From an uncultured Pseudomonadales bacterium (GTDB lineage Bacteria > Patescibacteriota > Microgenomatia > UBA1400 > PJMF01): DNA of 64,000 bases. The notes beneath the pieces were generated by a model. That model did no database searches, was not told where the DNA came from, and worked only from the letters and a program-made list of their open reading frames with translations. The DNA is taken from the NCBI GenBank assembly GCA_964588685.1, contig CAZPQG010000001.1:6202-70201 (forward strand), written 5' to 3'. Made by a program: the position numbers and the translations under genes. Each line of letters begins with the position of its first letter. The first letter of the stretch is position 1. This document shows positions 1 through 10,501 of the stretch, piece by piece.

Positions 1-1593
1 TCTACCATTATTAATTTTTCAGCTTCATCAGCCAACTGCAAAAACCCTTCTTTGGGAAATGGCAGCAAACAGGGAATATGAATCATATTCACTAATCCTT
101 CAGCAGTCTCTTTGGTTAAAGCAAGCAATTGCAAAAAAACATTAGCGGTTGAACCCCAGCCGACCAAAGTTATCTCAGCCTGTTGAGGACCCAGCAGCTT
201 GGGTTGAGGGATTTCTGTTGTTAGAGTTTCTATTTTGCGCTCTCTTTTATCTACTGCCTGTTTAATTGTCTCAGCATCCTCTGTAGCAAAACCCCATTGC
301 TCATGTTCATAAGAATTGGCTAAATATAAACCATGTTCTTGGCCGGGAATAGTACGGTTTGAAATACCGTCTTCCGTGTTCAAATAACGCAGGTACTGTT
401 CATCAGCATTTAATTCATCTGATTTAGTCATGCTTTGACGCTGATTCAACTGTTTATCCTCAGGAGCCGGCATGGTTTGATGTGACTCTAAAATATATTT
501 ATCAGAAATAATAATCACCGGCAGCTGATATTTTTCAGCCAGATAAAAAGCAATCTTAGTGTACTCAAAATGCTCTTTCACTGTGCCGGGCGCCAAGACC
601 ACTTTAGGAAAGTCGCCGTGGCCGGCAGTTAAAACAAATTTTAAATCACTCTGTGCAGTCCAGGTGGGAACGCCGGTGGCCGGCCCGGTGCGTTGTGCTT
701 CCAACACTACCAGCGGCACTTCTGCTATCCCGGCAAAAGGCAAAGATTCTACTTTTAAAGCAAAGCCTCCTCCGGACGAACCGGTCATAGCTCTTAACCC
801 GGCTATGGAAGCACCAATAGCCTGATTAATGGCTCCTATCTCATCTTCGGGCTGTTTAACAACCACCGGCATTTTGTGTTTATGTTTATTTAAAAAATGA
901 AGCAGACCTGTAGCCGGCGTCATAGGATAAGCACTGTAAAACTGCATACCGGCAGCCAAAGCTCCCAAGCCCACCGCTTCATTGCCTGTTAACAAAATGC
1001 TCTTATCTTCTTGGGGAGAAATAGCAAATAAAGGTTCAATTAGTTTTTTTGCTTGTGCAAATCCATGTTCAAAAGCGGCCTTGTTTTTTTCAGCTATCTT
1101 TTCTGCGGCAAAGGCATCTACAATCACCTGTTGAGAAATAGCTGCATCTAAACCCAGAGCAAAGGCTGAAACTCCTAGCGCCACAATATTAGCTGACAAA
1201 GTGGTGTCAGTAATTTCTTTAGCCCAATCGGAAAGAGGCATCTGAAAAATTCTGTCTTGGTATTGGCTGACAATTTCTTCAGGCAGTTCTCCAAAGCTTG
1301 AATTATAAATAATAAGTGTGTCGTCTGTAATTTCAGCACCAAGCTCTGCAAAACTGTCTTGTGTATAAATTACCATCACATCAACGACTCGCTGTTGGCT
1401 GGCAGCTGTCTCAGCATCAGCATAAACTTGACCGGTTTGGTGTCCGCCGCGGATTAAGGAAGGATATTCTAAATAATTAAACGCCTGCAAACCGTGGCGC
1501 TTAGCTATTTTAGCCATTAATTGCGAGGCCAGCATTACTCCGTGTCCAGCCTCAGCTATAATTTTCCAATTAAAAGAAGAATTGTTATGCATA
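1..1593 (-). CDS. 2-oxoacid (pyruvate/2-oxoglutarate):ferredoxin oxidoreductase alpha subunit, C-terminal part runs off the window edge
   Basis: Minus-strand ORF starts with ATG at 1591-1593 (MHNNSSFNWKIIAEAGHGVMLASQLMAKIAKRHGLQAFNYLEYPSLIRGGHQTG...) and stays open to position 1. Family-typical KorA/PorA N-terminal and TPP-domain motifs. Absent from the ORF track because it is truncated by the window edge. Confidence 0.65.
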
Positions 1594-2167
1594 GAAGTAA
1601 TTAAAATTGTTAATAAATTCAATAAATTCTGAGGGAGGGCCCTCAGCGTTTTGTCTTGCTTTGCCAGAATAAAGCCTGTACTCATCCAAAATTGCAGCAA
1701 AAAAAATGCTGCCGTGAAAACATTTTAAAATATCAACTCTACCCCTAATTAGGGTATTTTAACAGCACTGCTGTCTCAAGTTACATGTTTTATAAACTAG
1801 CAGTACATAACAATATACCTCTTTTTTACAATTTTTAAAGCTGCAAGTGCTGCTGCAAAAAACATCAATAAAAAATGCTGACGGTAATAGTTATCAAGTC
1901 GATAAAAATTATCAAACAAACTGACAACTAAACTGTAAAGTTTTCAAGAAGCTTTAAGTTATTTTTTTTAAAATTATTTATCTATCTAATTACTAGTGCT
2001 TAATTACTGCTGCCGGCTCGCACTACTGTGTAAGCAAACACCACCGGCACACAGCCTTAATACCTGTTTAAATTGAAGCACGGTCAACACTTATTTCAAA
2101 GACAGTTATCTAAATTTAGCTTAGGGCCGCAGTTATCTAAATTCAATTTTAAAAATTAATATAACCT

Positions 2168-2458
2168 ATGAACTCTCATGACACCCAGCTGTTAGCTGAA
2201 AACAGCATAAACTCAGAACTTCAGGTTTCACCACGGCAAAAAGAGCTGGAGTTAGAAATAGAGGAGCTGCAAAATTTTCTTGAAGCACAGTATCATGTAG
2301 ATTTTAGCCAACCAATGAGCAATGAAATGGAACAACCGGATCTAACAACTTATTATGCTGACCTTAACTTTACCGTCATAGCGAAAACACAATTAATTGC
2401 TGTTATAATTGGAGGACTAATGATGATAATTGCCAGCCGGCTCATATATGGTTGCTAA
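2168..2458 (+). CDS. hypothetical small protein with C-terminal transmembrane anchor
   Basis: 96-aa ORF with an acidic N-terminus and a single hydrophobic C-terminal helix (LIAVIIGGLMMIIASRLIYGC). No recognisable family. Confidence 0.35.
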   Translation: MNSHDTQLLAENSINSELQVSPRQKELELEIEELQNFLEAQYHVDFSQPMSNEMEQPDLTTYYADLNFTVIAKTQLIAVIIGGLMMIIASRLIYGC

Positions 2459-2840
2459 ACATTCCTCTTTTCACAAGCAGTTACTCAAATACTTAACAGC
2501 CTTTTTGCCCGCTGCAGCCTGGGCCGGACTAATTTTTCTTTTTTCTTCCCAAGAAATACTGCCTTCATTATCCTTATCAACAGCTGATTTTATTTTTAAA
2601 AAAACTGCTCATATTGTAGTGTATGCCGTGTTATATTTTCTCATCATTAGAGGCCTGGCTCAATTAAACTACAAATTTAACTATATCTGGTTTAAAGCTT
2701 TTTTAATATGCATTGCCTATGCCGTATTTGATGAAATACATCAATCCACGGTACCGGGTAGAACTGCTGCCGTGACCGACGTTGCTTTTGACTCATTAGG
2801 AGCCGGTTTAGTAATTTTGTATAAATTTAATTTAATTTAG
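2430..2840 (+). CDS. VanZ-like family membrane protein
   Basis: Several transmembrane helices and the conserved FDEIHQSTVPGRTAAVTDVAFDSLGAGLV motif typical of VanZ. The track starts at a TTG at 2430; the first ATG is at 2448. Confidence 0.55.
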   Translation: MPAGSYMVAKHSSFHKQLLKYLTAFLPAAAWAGLIFLFSSQEILPSLSLSTADFIFKKTAHIVVYAVLYFLIIRGLAQLNYKFNYIWFKAFLICIAYAVFDEIHQSTVPGRTAAVTDVAFDSLGAGLVILYKFNLI

Positions 2841-3021
2841 CAGGTGAAAACAGGCCTTCACTTGCCATAAAATAATGAGAAAATAATGATGGGCGGCTTT
2901 GCAGCACCGGTTTGTAAACAAGCTTTAAAAACAGTTGATAAAATAAGTTTTAGAAAAGCTGCAATAAAAAAGCTATTACACTAGATACTAAACAGCAAGT
3001 ATTGTATACTCAAATACTCAT

Positions 3022-3085
3022 TGGCTTAGTGGCTTAGTTGTTTAAAAACAGCATTTGGCCAAGTTTAAAAACAGCACTGGCCAAG
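3022..3085. repeat. short tandem direct repeats upstream of hup: tggcttag x2, then a ~23-bp unit gtttaaaaacagca(t/c)t(t)ggccaag x2
   Basis: Read directly in the sequence; sits in the 420-bp intergenic region upstream of the HU gene. Confidence 0.5.
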
Positions 3086-3261
3086 CTATTTAAAGCTAGG
3101 ATTAAAATTTAACAACCTATACACATTCATATTTAAAACCAGGCTCGTGCTTAAAAATAATGCTTGACTTGATCCATCAAACTAATACACTAAACATCAC
3201 AAATATTAATATAGTATAATCAATATAATATTATTAAAAATAAAAAGTTAAAAAGAAAATT

Positions 3262-3537
3262 ATGACTAAAACTCAACTGATCGACATTGTTGCTAAAAAA
3301 GCACATTTACCAAAAACAGCTGCTAAAGAAGCGGTTAATACAGTTTTTGATGAAATTAGCCGCTCTTTAATCAAAGGCGACAAGGTGGTTGTTTCAGGTT
3401 TTGGCACTTTTTATGTAAACAAAGTTGATGATAAATTAGTTGTTCCTTTTGGCAACGAAGATAAAAAGAAGGTGGTAAAAGCCCATCGAGTGGTTAACTT
3501 CAGAGTCGGCAAACCTCTTAGAGAAGAAGTCTGGTAA
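3262..3537 (+). CDS. hup: HU family DNA-binding protein
   Basis: MTKTQLIDIVAKKAHLPKTAAKEAV...GFGTF...RVGKPL is classic HU/IHF. Confidence 0.9.
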   Translation: MTKTQLIDIVAKKAHLPKTAAKEAVNTVFDEISRSLIKGDKVVVSGFGTFYVNKVDDKLVVPFGNEDKKKVVKAHRVVNFRVGKPLREEVW

Positions 3538-3708
3538 TTGCTGTAAAAATTTTAAAAACTCCATAACTTTTGATAGCTTTTAATCAGCCGGGCAAGAGCT
3601 GCCAAATAGCGGCAACGGTTGCTGACTAGTTATATGGAGACTAGTTTACGGAAATAAATTCTGAAAGTCTGTTTATACTGTGCAGCTAGCGGCGGTATAC
3701 AATTAGAA

Positions 3709-4206
3709 TTATCTTTTGGGAGACTGTCTTTTGCGTCTAGCTTTTCCGCCTCTACCTGGTTTGCGAGTTTCCTTCATGCGGTAATCGCGAGTCAGCAAGC
3801 CTTTTTCTTTAAGAAAAGATCTAGTTTTAGGGTCAAATTCCTCTAAAGCTCTGGCTAAACCGTGGCGCACAGCATCAAGTTGAGCTGATTTGCCTGAACC
3901 TGAAACGTGCACTGTAACAGCAAAATCATCTTCTGTTTTGGTAACAACAAAAGGCTCATTAAATTTAATAGCAGCAAGGGGAATACCTGAAAAATAGTCT
4001 GCCGCCAGCTGATCGTTTACAATAAAATCACCCTCTTCCTGATAAATTCTTACTCTGGCCACTGCCACTTTGCGGCGGCCAATACCCTCTGTATATTCAC
4101 CTTGAGGATAATTAAGATTGGCTCCTTTTTTAGGATTATTTTTACTATTGCTGCCATTTCTTTTAGCTGCTTTCACTGCTTTGGTAATCTGTTGTTGATG
4201 TTTCAT
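3709..4206 (-). CDS. rpsI: 30S ribosomal protein S9 with N-terminal basic extension
   Basis: C-terminal ...KSAQLDAVRHGLARAL...KPGRGGKARRKRQSPKR. Confidence 0.93.
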   Translation of the reverse strand: MKHQQQITKAVKAAKRNGSNSKNNPKKGANLNYPQGEYTEGIGRRKVAVARVRIYQEEGDFIVNDQLAADYFSGIPLAAIKFNEPFVVTKTEDDFAVTVHVSGSGKSAQLDAVRHGLARALEEFDPKTRSFLKEKGLLTRDYRMKETRKPGRGGKARRKRQSPKR

Positions 4207-4210
4207 ATAT

Positions 4211-4642
4211 TTAACTATTTTTACTAAATTTATCTTGATGTGGATGTTCTGCCAAAGGATAAACCTTTAAGCGAGACATTCTTGGTTTACGGAATTTATT
4301 TTTAGGCAGCATATTTTTAACAGCTCTGATAATGATCATCTCAGGGTTTTGCTGAGCTAAATCTTTATAAGAAATCTCTTTCATCCCTCCGGGATAGCCG
4401 GACACACGATAGTACTTTTTTTTATTTTCTTTACCCCTAGTCACGGCCACCTTTTTAGCATTAGTTACTACCACAAAATCTCCAGCATCAACATGAGCAG
4501 TATAAGTTGGTTTGTTTTTACCAATCAAAAGCTGCGCAATTTTGGTAGCTGTTCTTCCCAGGATCTGATTTTCCACATCAACCAAATGCCACTGTCTTTT
4601 GACATCTTCTTTGCGCTGAACAAAAGTTTTATGTGTTTTCAT
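4211..4642 (-). CDS. rplM: 50S ribosomal protein L13
   Basis: MKTHKTFVQRKEDVKRQWHLVD...; 4-nt spacing to rpsI. Confidence 0.93.
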   Translation of the reverse strand: MKTHKTFVQRKEDVKRQWHLVDVENQILGRTATKIAQLLIGKNKPTYTAHVDAGDFVVVTNAKKVAVTRGKENKKKYYRVSGYPGGMKEISYKDLAQQNPEMIIIRAVKNMLPKNKFRKPRMSRLKVYPLAEHPHQDKFSKNS

Positions 4643-4659
4643 AATTAAATTATTTTTCC

Positions 4660-5052
4660 TTACTTATCTGCCGGTTTAAAAGTACCTAAATTTTCCGGTT
4701 TATTGATTAATTCAACTTTAAACAGTTTTGCATTGTCACCTCTTCTAACGCCAACCTCTTGGATAGTGGTGAAGCCTGAATTTCTGTCTTGCATCACTGG
4801 CGCAATTTTATCAATTAAAGCATTGACTATCTCTCTTTTCCCAAAAAACTCGTGCAATTTTCTCCGACTGTGCACTGTATTTTTTTTAGCTTGATTAATC
4901 AAAATATCAGCCTGCCGCTTCACTTCTTTGGCTTGACCTCGACTGACTGTAATTTTGCCATGCAAAAACAAACTACGCAGTAAATTACGTAATAAGGCTT
5001 TACGGTGAGCCGTCTTGCGGCCTAGTTTTCTTTTTTTAATTCGATGTCTCAT
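4660..5052 (-). CDS. rplQ: 50S ribosomal protein L17
   Basis: MRHRIKKRKLGRKTAHRKALLRNLLRSL... Confidence 0.93.
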   Translation of the reverse strand: MRHRIKKRKLGRKTAHRKALLRNLLRSLFLHGKITVSRGQAKEVKRQADILINQAKKNTVHSRRKLHEFFGKREIVNALIDKIAPVMQDRNSGFTTIQEVGVRRGDNAKLFKVELINKPENLGTFKPADK

Positions 5053-5107
5053 AATTACAATAAGTCACTATCAATTAATTAAATGAGTCTCGGCTCCTTA
5101 AAGCTGC

Positions 5108-6055
5108 TTATTCTTCTTGAAACGAGACTCCTTTTTTCTCTAAAGCTTCCGCAATCACTTCCAAACTTTTTTCTCCAATATTTTTCACTTTGCCGACCTC
5201 ATCTTTTTCTGCTTCCACTAAATCTCTTACATTTTGGAAACCGCCTCTGCGCAAAGCATTAGCTATTCTAGTCGGAAGATCAAGTTCTTCTACAGTTAAC
5301 CGTAATATTTCGGCATCTTGAGGACTCAATTTTTCTTCCTCTTCTTCTTCCTCAATAATGACAGGGTCATAAACTTGCTTAAACTGCTTAACTAAAATCT
5401 TTGCCGCCTGCTCCAAAGCTTCTCTAGGCGTAATGGTGCCGTTAGTTTTTAAATCAATTGACAATTGATCATAATCAGTTCTGCGGCCAACACGAGTGGA
5501 CTCAACTTTATATGAAACATTGAGCACCGGTGAAAAAATAGCGTCAACCAACAACTCTCCAATGTCTTTTTCAGGTACCACCTCTCCGGTTCGATAACCT
5601 AAACCTGTTTCTAAAGTTAATTCTGCATTTAAAACTGCCCCTTCGCCTAGAGCAGCTATGTGCTGATCCGGATTGACAATAGCGAACCCGGCTTCGCATT
5701 TAATATCTTCGGCTGTAACTTCTCCGGGGCCTTTCATTTCTAAATGGGCCACCCCTTCACCGTCTGTATCGGCCTTAACCCTCACTTCTTTTAAATTCAG
5801 TAAAAACTCAACCATATCTTCTTTCACACCCTCAATTGTTGAAAATTGGTGCTGCACTTTATCAAATTTAACCGAAACAATTGCAGCGCCGGACAATGAG
5901 TTCAGCAAGACTCTTCTTAAAGCATTACCCAAAGTATGACCGTAGCCATTTTCTAAAGGCTTTAAAGTTAATAAAGAATGATTGGACGCTAACTTTTCTT
6001 CGTCAATCGTAAAGATTGGATTAAAAAAAGTGTTTTGTGCTTGATCTGCTTTCAT
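5108..6055 (-). CDS. rpoA: DNA-directed RNA polymerase alpha subunit
   Basis: RpoA N- and C-terminal domains. Start placed at the ATG for MKADQ (6053-6055), which has AAGGAG 7 nt upstream; the track's 6094 start is an in-frame TTG. Confidence 0.92.
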   Translation of the reverse strand: MKADQAQNTFFNPIFTIDEEKLASNHSLLTLKPLENGYGHTLGNALRRVLLNSLSGAAIVSVKFDKVQHQFSTIEGVKEDMVEFLLNLKEVRVKADTDGEGVAHLEMKGPGEVTAEDIKCEAGFAIVNPDQHIAALGEGAVLNAELTLETGLGYRTGEVVPEKDIGELLVDAIFSPVLNVSYKVESTRVGRRTDYDQLSIDLKTNGTITPREALEQAAKILVKQFKQVYDPVIIEEEEEEEKLSPQDAEILRLTVEELDLPTRIANALRRGGFQNVRDLVEAEKDEVGKVKNIGEKSLEVIAEALEKKGVSFQEE

Positions 6056-6151
6056 AATTTTTTCTCCTTTGTTTCTCCTCCCTTGCCAGGGCAAGGAATC
6101 CGTTTCCAGATAATTAATAAGTTAAAAAACAAAACTAATTGACCAAACTAA

Positions 6152-6760
6152 TTAACGACTGTAGTACTCTACAACTAATTGTTCATCAATGGTGCCGTCA
6201 ATCTCATCACGCTCAGGAAATCTTAAGACCTTGGCTAGATTATGTTTTCTTTCCAACCACTCAGATACTTCATAGCCTTCATTATTAAAAACTGTTGCTA
6301 CAGCCGGAATATTAGTAGATGACTTCTTTAACTCGACAACATCATCCTTTTTCACCAAATAAGAAGGAATGTTCATCTTTTTATCATTAACTTTAACATG
6401 ACTGTGGCTCACCAGCTGCCTGGCTGCAGCCCTAGTCGGTGCCCAGCCTAAACGATAAACCACATTATCCAGTCTTCTTTCCAGTAACACCAAAAGAGCT
6501 AAGCCTGTGCCTAAAGAGCTTTTCTCAGCCTTCTTGTATGTCTTTTTCAGCTGTTTTTCCAAAATGCCGTAGATATACTTAATTTTCTGTTTTTCCTTCA
6601 GCTGCACACCATAGTCTGACAAGCGGCGCGATCTCTTATGACCATGCTGCCCGGGCGGAATATTAATCCGCTTAGCTGTCTTTAAAGCATTAGTCTTTAA
6701 ACCAAGATCTTCACCTATTCTTCTCTGTAATCGTTGTTTTGGACCCGTGTATCTAGCCAT
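6152..6760 (-). CDS. rpsD: 30S ribosomal protein S4
   Basis: MARYTGPKQRLQRRIGEDLGLK... Confidence 0.93.
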   Translation of the reverse strand: MARYTGPKQRLQRRIGEDLGLKTNALKTAKRINIPPGQHGHKRSRRLSDYGVQLKEKQKIKYIYGILEKQLKKTYKKAEKSSLGTGLALLVLLERRLDNVVYRLGWAPTRAAARQLVSHSHVKVNDKKMNIPSYLVKKDDVVELKKSSTNIPAVATVFNNEGYEVSEWLERKHNLAKVLRFPERDEIDGTIDEQLVVEYYSR

Positions 6761-6827
6761 AATATTGTTTTGTTATCTGTTGCTATTAAATATTATTAAT
6801 TTATTTTTTATTTTTTAGTCTTTAATC

Positions 6828-7208
6828 TTAATTTCTTTCTTTTCTAGGCCTGGTACCATTGTGAGGCACCGGTGTCATATCTGCAATTAAAGTCACATTA
6901 ACGCCTTTGTTGCGCAGTGTTCTCAGCACAACATTTCGTCCCGGACCCGGCCCTTTTATATAAACTTCAGCTCCCTTTAAACCAAGATTTAATGCCTTGT
7001 TAATCGCATTGGTCACAGCCACTCGTGCCGCATACGAGGTAGATTTTCTGGACCCTTTAAACCCGGCCCTGCCCGTACTTGACCAAGCAATAACATTGCC
7101 TTCTAAATCAGTAATAGTGACCAAAGTGTTGTTAAAAGTAGCATTAACATAAATTTTTGCCTGCGGCACTACTTTTTTATTTTGGTTTTTTTTCGAATAT
7201 TTTGCCAT
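6828..7208 (-). CDS. rpsK: 30S ribosomal protein S11
   Basis: ...GNVIAWSSTGRAGFKGSRKSTSYAA... Confidence 0.93.
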   Translation of the reverse strand: MAKYSKKNQNKKVVPQAKIYVNATFNNTLVTITDLEGNVIAWSSTGRAGFKGSRKSTSYAARVAVTNAINKALNLGLKGAEVYIKGPGPGRNVVLRTLRNKGVNVTLIADMTPVPHNGTRPRKERN

Positions 7209-7304
7209 AAATGATTAATGAATTATTTTTTTAAATTTAAAATTAAAGTTCAAGAGTTAATAAGGCTAACTCAAACAACTTTTAATTTCAGCTTTTGACA
7301 GCTT

Positions 7305-7700
7305 TTAGTCTTCGTCGCGATCTCCTGCTTCTATCTCTTTAGTAATAGCTCCTACTGTCTTTCTTTTACCCTTTCGAGTACGCGCATTAGTTCTGGTTCG
7401 CTGGCCTCTTACAGGCAAACCTGCAATATGGCGCAGCCCGCGATAAGCTTTAATTCTTTTTAAACGATTAATATTATCGTTCACCTGTCTTCTTAAACCT
7501 CCCTCAATAACATAATCTTCCAGCAATTTCTGCAAAGTTTGAATCTCTTGACCGGTTAAATCTTCGGCTCTTTTATCACGATCAATCTTTGCTTGATCAG
7601 TAATCTTCTGTGCTCGACTTAAACCAATGCCGTAAATATAAGTCAAGGCATAAGGAACTTTTTTATCTTCTGGTATGTTTTTTCCTGCTATTCTTGGCAT
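7305..7700 (-). CDS. rpsM: 30S ribosomal protein S13
   Basis: MPRIAGKNIPEDKKVPYALTYIYGIG... Confidence 0.93.
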   Translation of the reverse strand: MPRIAGKNIPEDKKVPYALTYIYGIGLSRAQKITDQAKIDRDKRAEDLTGQEIQTLQKLLEDYVIEGGLRRQVNDNINRLKRIKAYRGLRHIAGLPVRGQRTRTNARTRKGKRKTVGAITKEIEAGDRDED

Positions 7701-7707
7701 AATTCAA

Positions 7708-7821
7708 TTATCCTTGTCTTTGTTTATGTTTAGGGTTTTCGCAAATAACGTACACCGTGCCTCTACGTCTAACAATTTTGCACTTTGAACATTTCTTTTT
7801 AACTGACGGGCTAACTTTCAT
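7708..7821 (-). CDS. rpmJ: 50S ribosomal protein L36
   Basis: 37-aa ORF not in the track (too short): [37 protein letters not shown]. Conserved L36 sequence between rpsM and infA. Confidence 0.9.
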   Translation of the reverse strand: MKVSPSVKKKCSKCKIVRRRGTVYVICENPKHKQRQG

Positions 7822-7823
7822 GA

Positions 7824-8156
7824 TTAAAATTCTTTCTTAATATTCTTATTAGTAGAACGATAAATAATCTTGCATTTTCCTAAATCGTATTTTGAAACAT
7901 AGGCTTTAACAATATCTCCGGGCATTACCCGAATGCGATAGAGCCTCATTTTACCCGATAATGTACCTAGCAAAACTTTGCCCTCTAAGGCCTCAACCTG
8001 ACTATCAGTCACTTTTATTCTAAACGTAGTATTGGGGAGGCACTTTTCTACCTCGCCATAAATCATGAATCGATCTTTAGACTGATCTTTACCTGCAGTC
8101 GAATCATCTTGACGTTTTTCTTTAGCTGATTGTTTATGCTGTTGAACTTTACCCAT
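7824..8156 (-). CDS. infA: translation initiation factor IF-1; N-terminal ~30 aa may be an extension or a mis-placed start
   Basis: Core ...[21 protein letters not shown]...GKMR..YIRV.PGD.V matches IF-1. Alternative start at the internal M (MIYGE); no clear SD at either start. Confidence 0.85.
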   Translation of the reverse strand: MGKVQQHKQSAKEKRQDDSTAGKDQSKDRFMIYGEVEKCLPNTTFRIKVTDSQVEALEGKVLLGTLSGKMRLYRIRVMPGDIVKAYVSKYDLGKCKIIYRSTNKNIKKEF

Positions 8157-8332
8157 AAATAATACTATCTACTTAATGTTATTGCTTTTTATCTACTTAA
8201 TTTGTAACTAATATTTAATTAACTTTTAAGGCTAATTTAATACGCTTTTAATGCGCAACGAACGGCTAATTATATCAAATCTATACTCTTTTTCCAGGTC
8301 TAGTCGATAATAAGCACTCTTGTTGACTAAAA

Positions 8333-8905
8333 TTAATTGTTATTCTGATTGCTTTTGAGTGCGCCTTTCTTTTTAAGTTTAGTCATAATTTCGTTAAAAA
8401 CTTCTTTAACTTCTTGCTCGCCGTCAACTGTAATGAGCTGGTCTCTTTTCTCATAAAAATCTAATACGCCGGTAGTAGCTTCATGAAATAACTGAATTCT
8501 TCTACGAATAGCTCGCAGTGTTTCATCTTCTCGATTATCATCTCGTCCGGAAATTCTCCATAAAGCTTCTTTATCTGAAACATCAATAAAAATTACCTGC
8601 TCTGAACCATCGGAAAAAGCTTTCGCTTGGGGCAGAGTCCGAGGAAAGCCGTCTATAATAAACCCATTTCTGTATTCCGGTTTTTTTAAATATTCACTCA
8701 CAATTTCTATTGTTTTATCATCATCAACCAAGACTCCGGCGTTCAGCGTTTCTTTTAACCATCTGCCCAATTTAGTTCTGCTTTTAGCTATTTGACGGAA
8801 AATATGGCCGGAAGATAAATAGGGAATGCCTAACTCTTTTGAGAGCAGCTTACCCTGAGTTGATTTACCGGCACCCTGAACCCCGATGAGTACATATCTT
8901 TTCAT
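8333..8905 (-). CDS. adk: adenylate kinase (short form, no zinc lid)
   Basis: MKRYVLIGVQGAGKSTQGKLLSKELGIPYLSSGHIFR P-loop and NMP-binding motifs. Confidence 0.9.
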   Translation of the reverse strand: MKRYVLIGVQGAGKSTQGKLLSKELGIPYLSSGHIFRQIAKSRTKLGRWLKETLNAGVLVDDDKTIEIVSEYLKKPEYRNGFIIDGFPRTLPQAKAFSDGSEQVIFIDVSDKEALWRISGRDDNREDETLRAIRRRIQLFHEATTGVLDFYEKRDQLITVDGEQEVKEVFNEIMTKLKKKGALKSNQNNN

Positions 8906-9067
8906 ATTGTTTTAGTTAAATTAATATTTTTTTAACGTTTTAATTTTAATAAGTTGTTTTAACTCTCGAGTTTATTATTTTATTTTTTTTAGTTATCTTG
9001 AACAACTATTAAACCACCATTAAACAAATGCATCCGATTAACTCTTTTTTTCAGATTTAATTAAATA

Positions 9068-10354
9068 TTAAGTATATTGATCATAATCTTGACCCACCAA
9101 CTGACTTTCTACTTGCTTGGATGTTTCAAGAATCACAGACACGACAATTAAAACACTGGTGCCTCCAATAGCTAAAGCCTGAACATCGGTTAGTGCCTGA
9201 GCAATCAACGGCAATAAAGCAATTACTCCTAAAAATATAGCTCCAGCCAAAGTAACTCTGGTCACTACATATTCTAAAAATTTCTTAGTGGCTGTTCCGG
9301 GCCTAATACCGGGGATATAAGCGCCGCTTTTTTTAAGTTCTAAAGATAAATCGTCAGCATCAAAAAAAATCAGCGCTGAAAAAAAAGTAAAGACAAAAAC
9401 TAATATAAAGTAAAAAATCATATAAAAACCTGACGTTTGATCAAACCAAACCATTAAATTATTGCCTAATGCTGAAAGCCGTTCATGATCTAAAGAAGCT
9501 AAAATTTGCCCCACAAAAGCAGGCACCAGCATTAAAGATAAAGCGAAAATAATCGGCATTACTCCGGCCACATTAACTCTAATTGGCAAGTGCGTTTTTT
9601 GTCCGCCGAGCATCTGGCTGCCTCTCATTCTTTTTGCATACTGCACAATTACCTTGCGCACAGCCTCATTCATAAACACTACCAACCCAATCACAGCGCC
9701 AAATAAAGCTAAAAACATCAGCATTACTAAAAATTGCCGGCGCTGGACCACAAATGAAGCCTGAGCAATTGCAACCGGAATCTGACTAATAATTCCGGCC
9801 AATAAAATCATAGACACACCATTTCCTATCCCGTACTCACTAATAAGCTCGCCTATCCACAAGACAATCATAGCTCCGGCTACCAAACTGGAAATAACAG
9901 CAGCAATAGCTAAGGGATTAGTAGAAACCAATAGTTCCTGTGATTGCAGCAAAGCCACTACTGACACACTTTGAACGATAGCTAAAGGCACTGCAATAAA
10001 ACGTGTGTATTGATTTACCTTGGCTTGTCCTGATTCGCCTTCTTTACGCAGCTCTTTAATTGAAGGGATAACCATACCAGCCAACTGCATAATTATCTGA
10101 GAAGTAATATAAGGATTAATACCTACAGCAGCTACTGAGAACCTGATTAAAGTACCGCCGGAAAAAAGATTAAGCAAACTTAAAAAGTCGCTGCCTAAAA
10201 ATATCTCCTGAATCTGTTGAGTGTCAACAATTGGAACCGGAATATGTGCCAACACTCTAAAAATTAAAAAGCATAAGGCCGTAAACAAAAGCTTTTTTCT
10301 TACTTTTTTAGTAGACAATACTCTTTTGGTGGTTGCAATGATTTTTTTTAACAC
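9068..10354 (-). CDS. secY: preprotein translocase subunit SecY
   Basis: Polytopic membrane protein with SecY order and motifs; GTG start at 10352-10354. Confidence 0.9.
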   Translation of the reverse strand: MLKKIIATTKRVLSTKKVRKKLLFTALCFLIFRVLAHIPVPIVDTQQIQEIFLGSDFLSLLNLFSGGTLIRFSVAAVGINPYITSQIIMQLAGMVIPSIKELRKEGESGQAKVNQYTRFIAVPLAIVQSVSVVALLQSQELLVSTNPLAIAAVISSLVAGAMIVLWIGELISEYGIGNGVSMILLAGIISQIPVAIAQASFVVQRRQFLVMLMFLALFGAVIGLVVFMNEAVRKVIVQYAKRMRGSQMLGGQKTHLPIRVNVAGVMPIIFALSLMLVPAFVGQILASLDHERLSALGNNLMVWFDQTSGFYMIFYFILVFVFTFFSALIFFDADDLSLELKKSGAYIPGIRPGTATKKFLEYVVTRVTLAGAIFLGVIALLPLIAQALTDVQALAIGGTSVLIVVSVILETSKQVESQLVGQDYDQYT

Positions 10355-10501
10355 AAAAGTTTAAATAAGTTGCTTGACAAATTTTTATATTTCTTAACAA
10401 ACAAAAAATTTTAAACAATATCTAAGACTAAAATTAATTTAAAAACTATTAACTTTCTCTTACTGGACTCTTTTTTGATGCGGCTGGTTCTTCTTTATTT
10501 C

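Noticed and set aside
559-825. Plus-strand 88-aa ORF, and similar short ORFs from the track (4703..4894, 5673..5939, 10475..10702, 10521..10823, 10985..11170, 14543..14761, 16289..16501, 16680..16940, 17110..17316, 19602..19812, 21736..21999, 24027..24413, 26137..26484, 30005..30407, 37358..38603, 51873..52067, 52373..52582, 58729..59028 and others)
   Set aside because: All lie antisense to, or out of frame within, long well-supported genes (ribosomal proteins, RpoB/C, EF-G, etc.). They are low-complexity and have no motifs. Treated as spurious.
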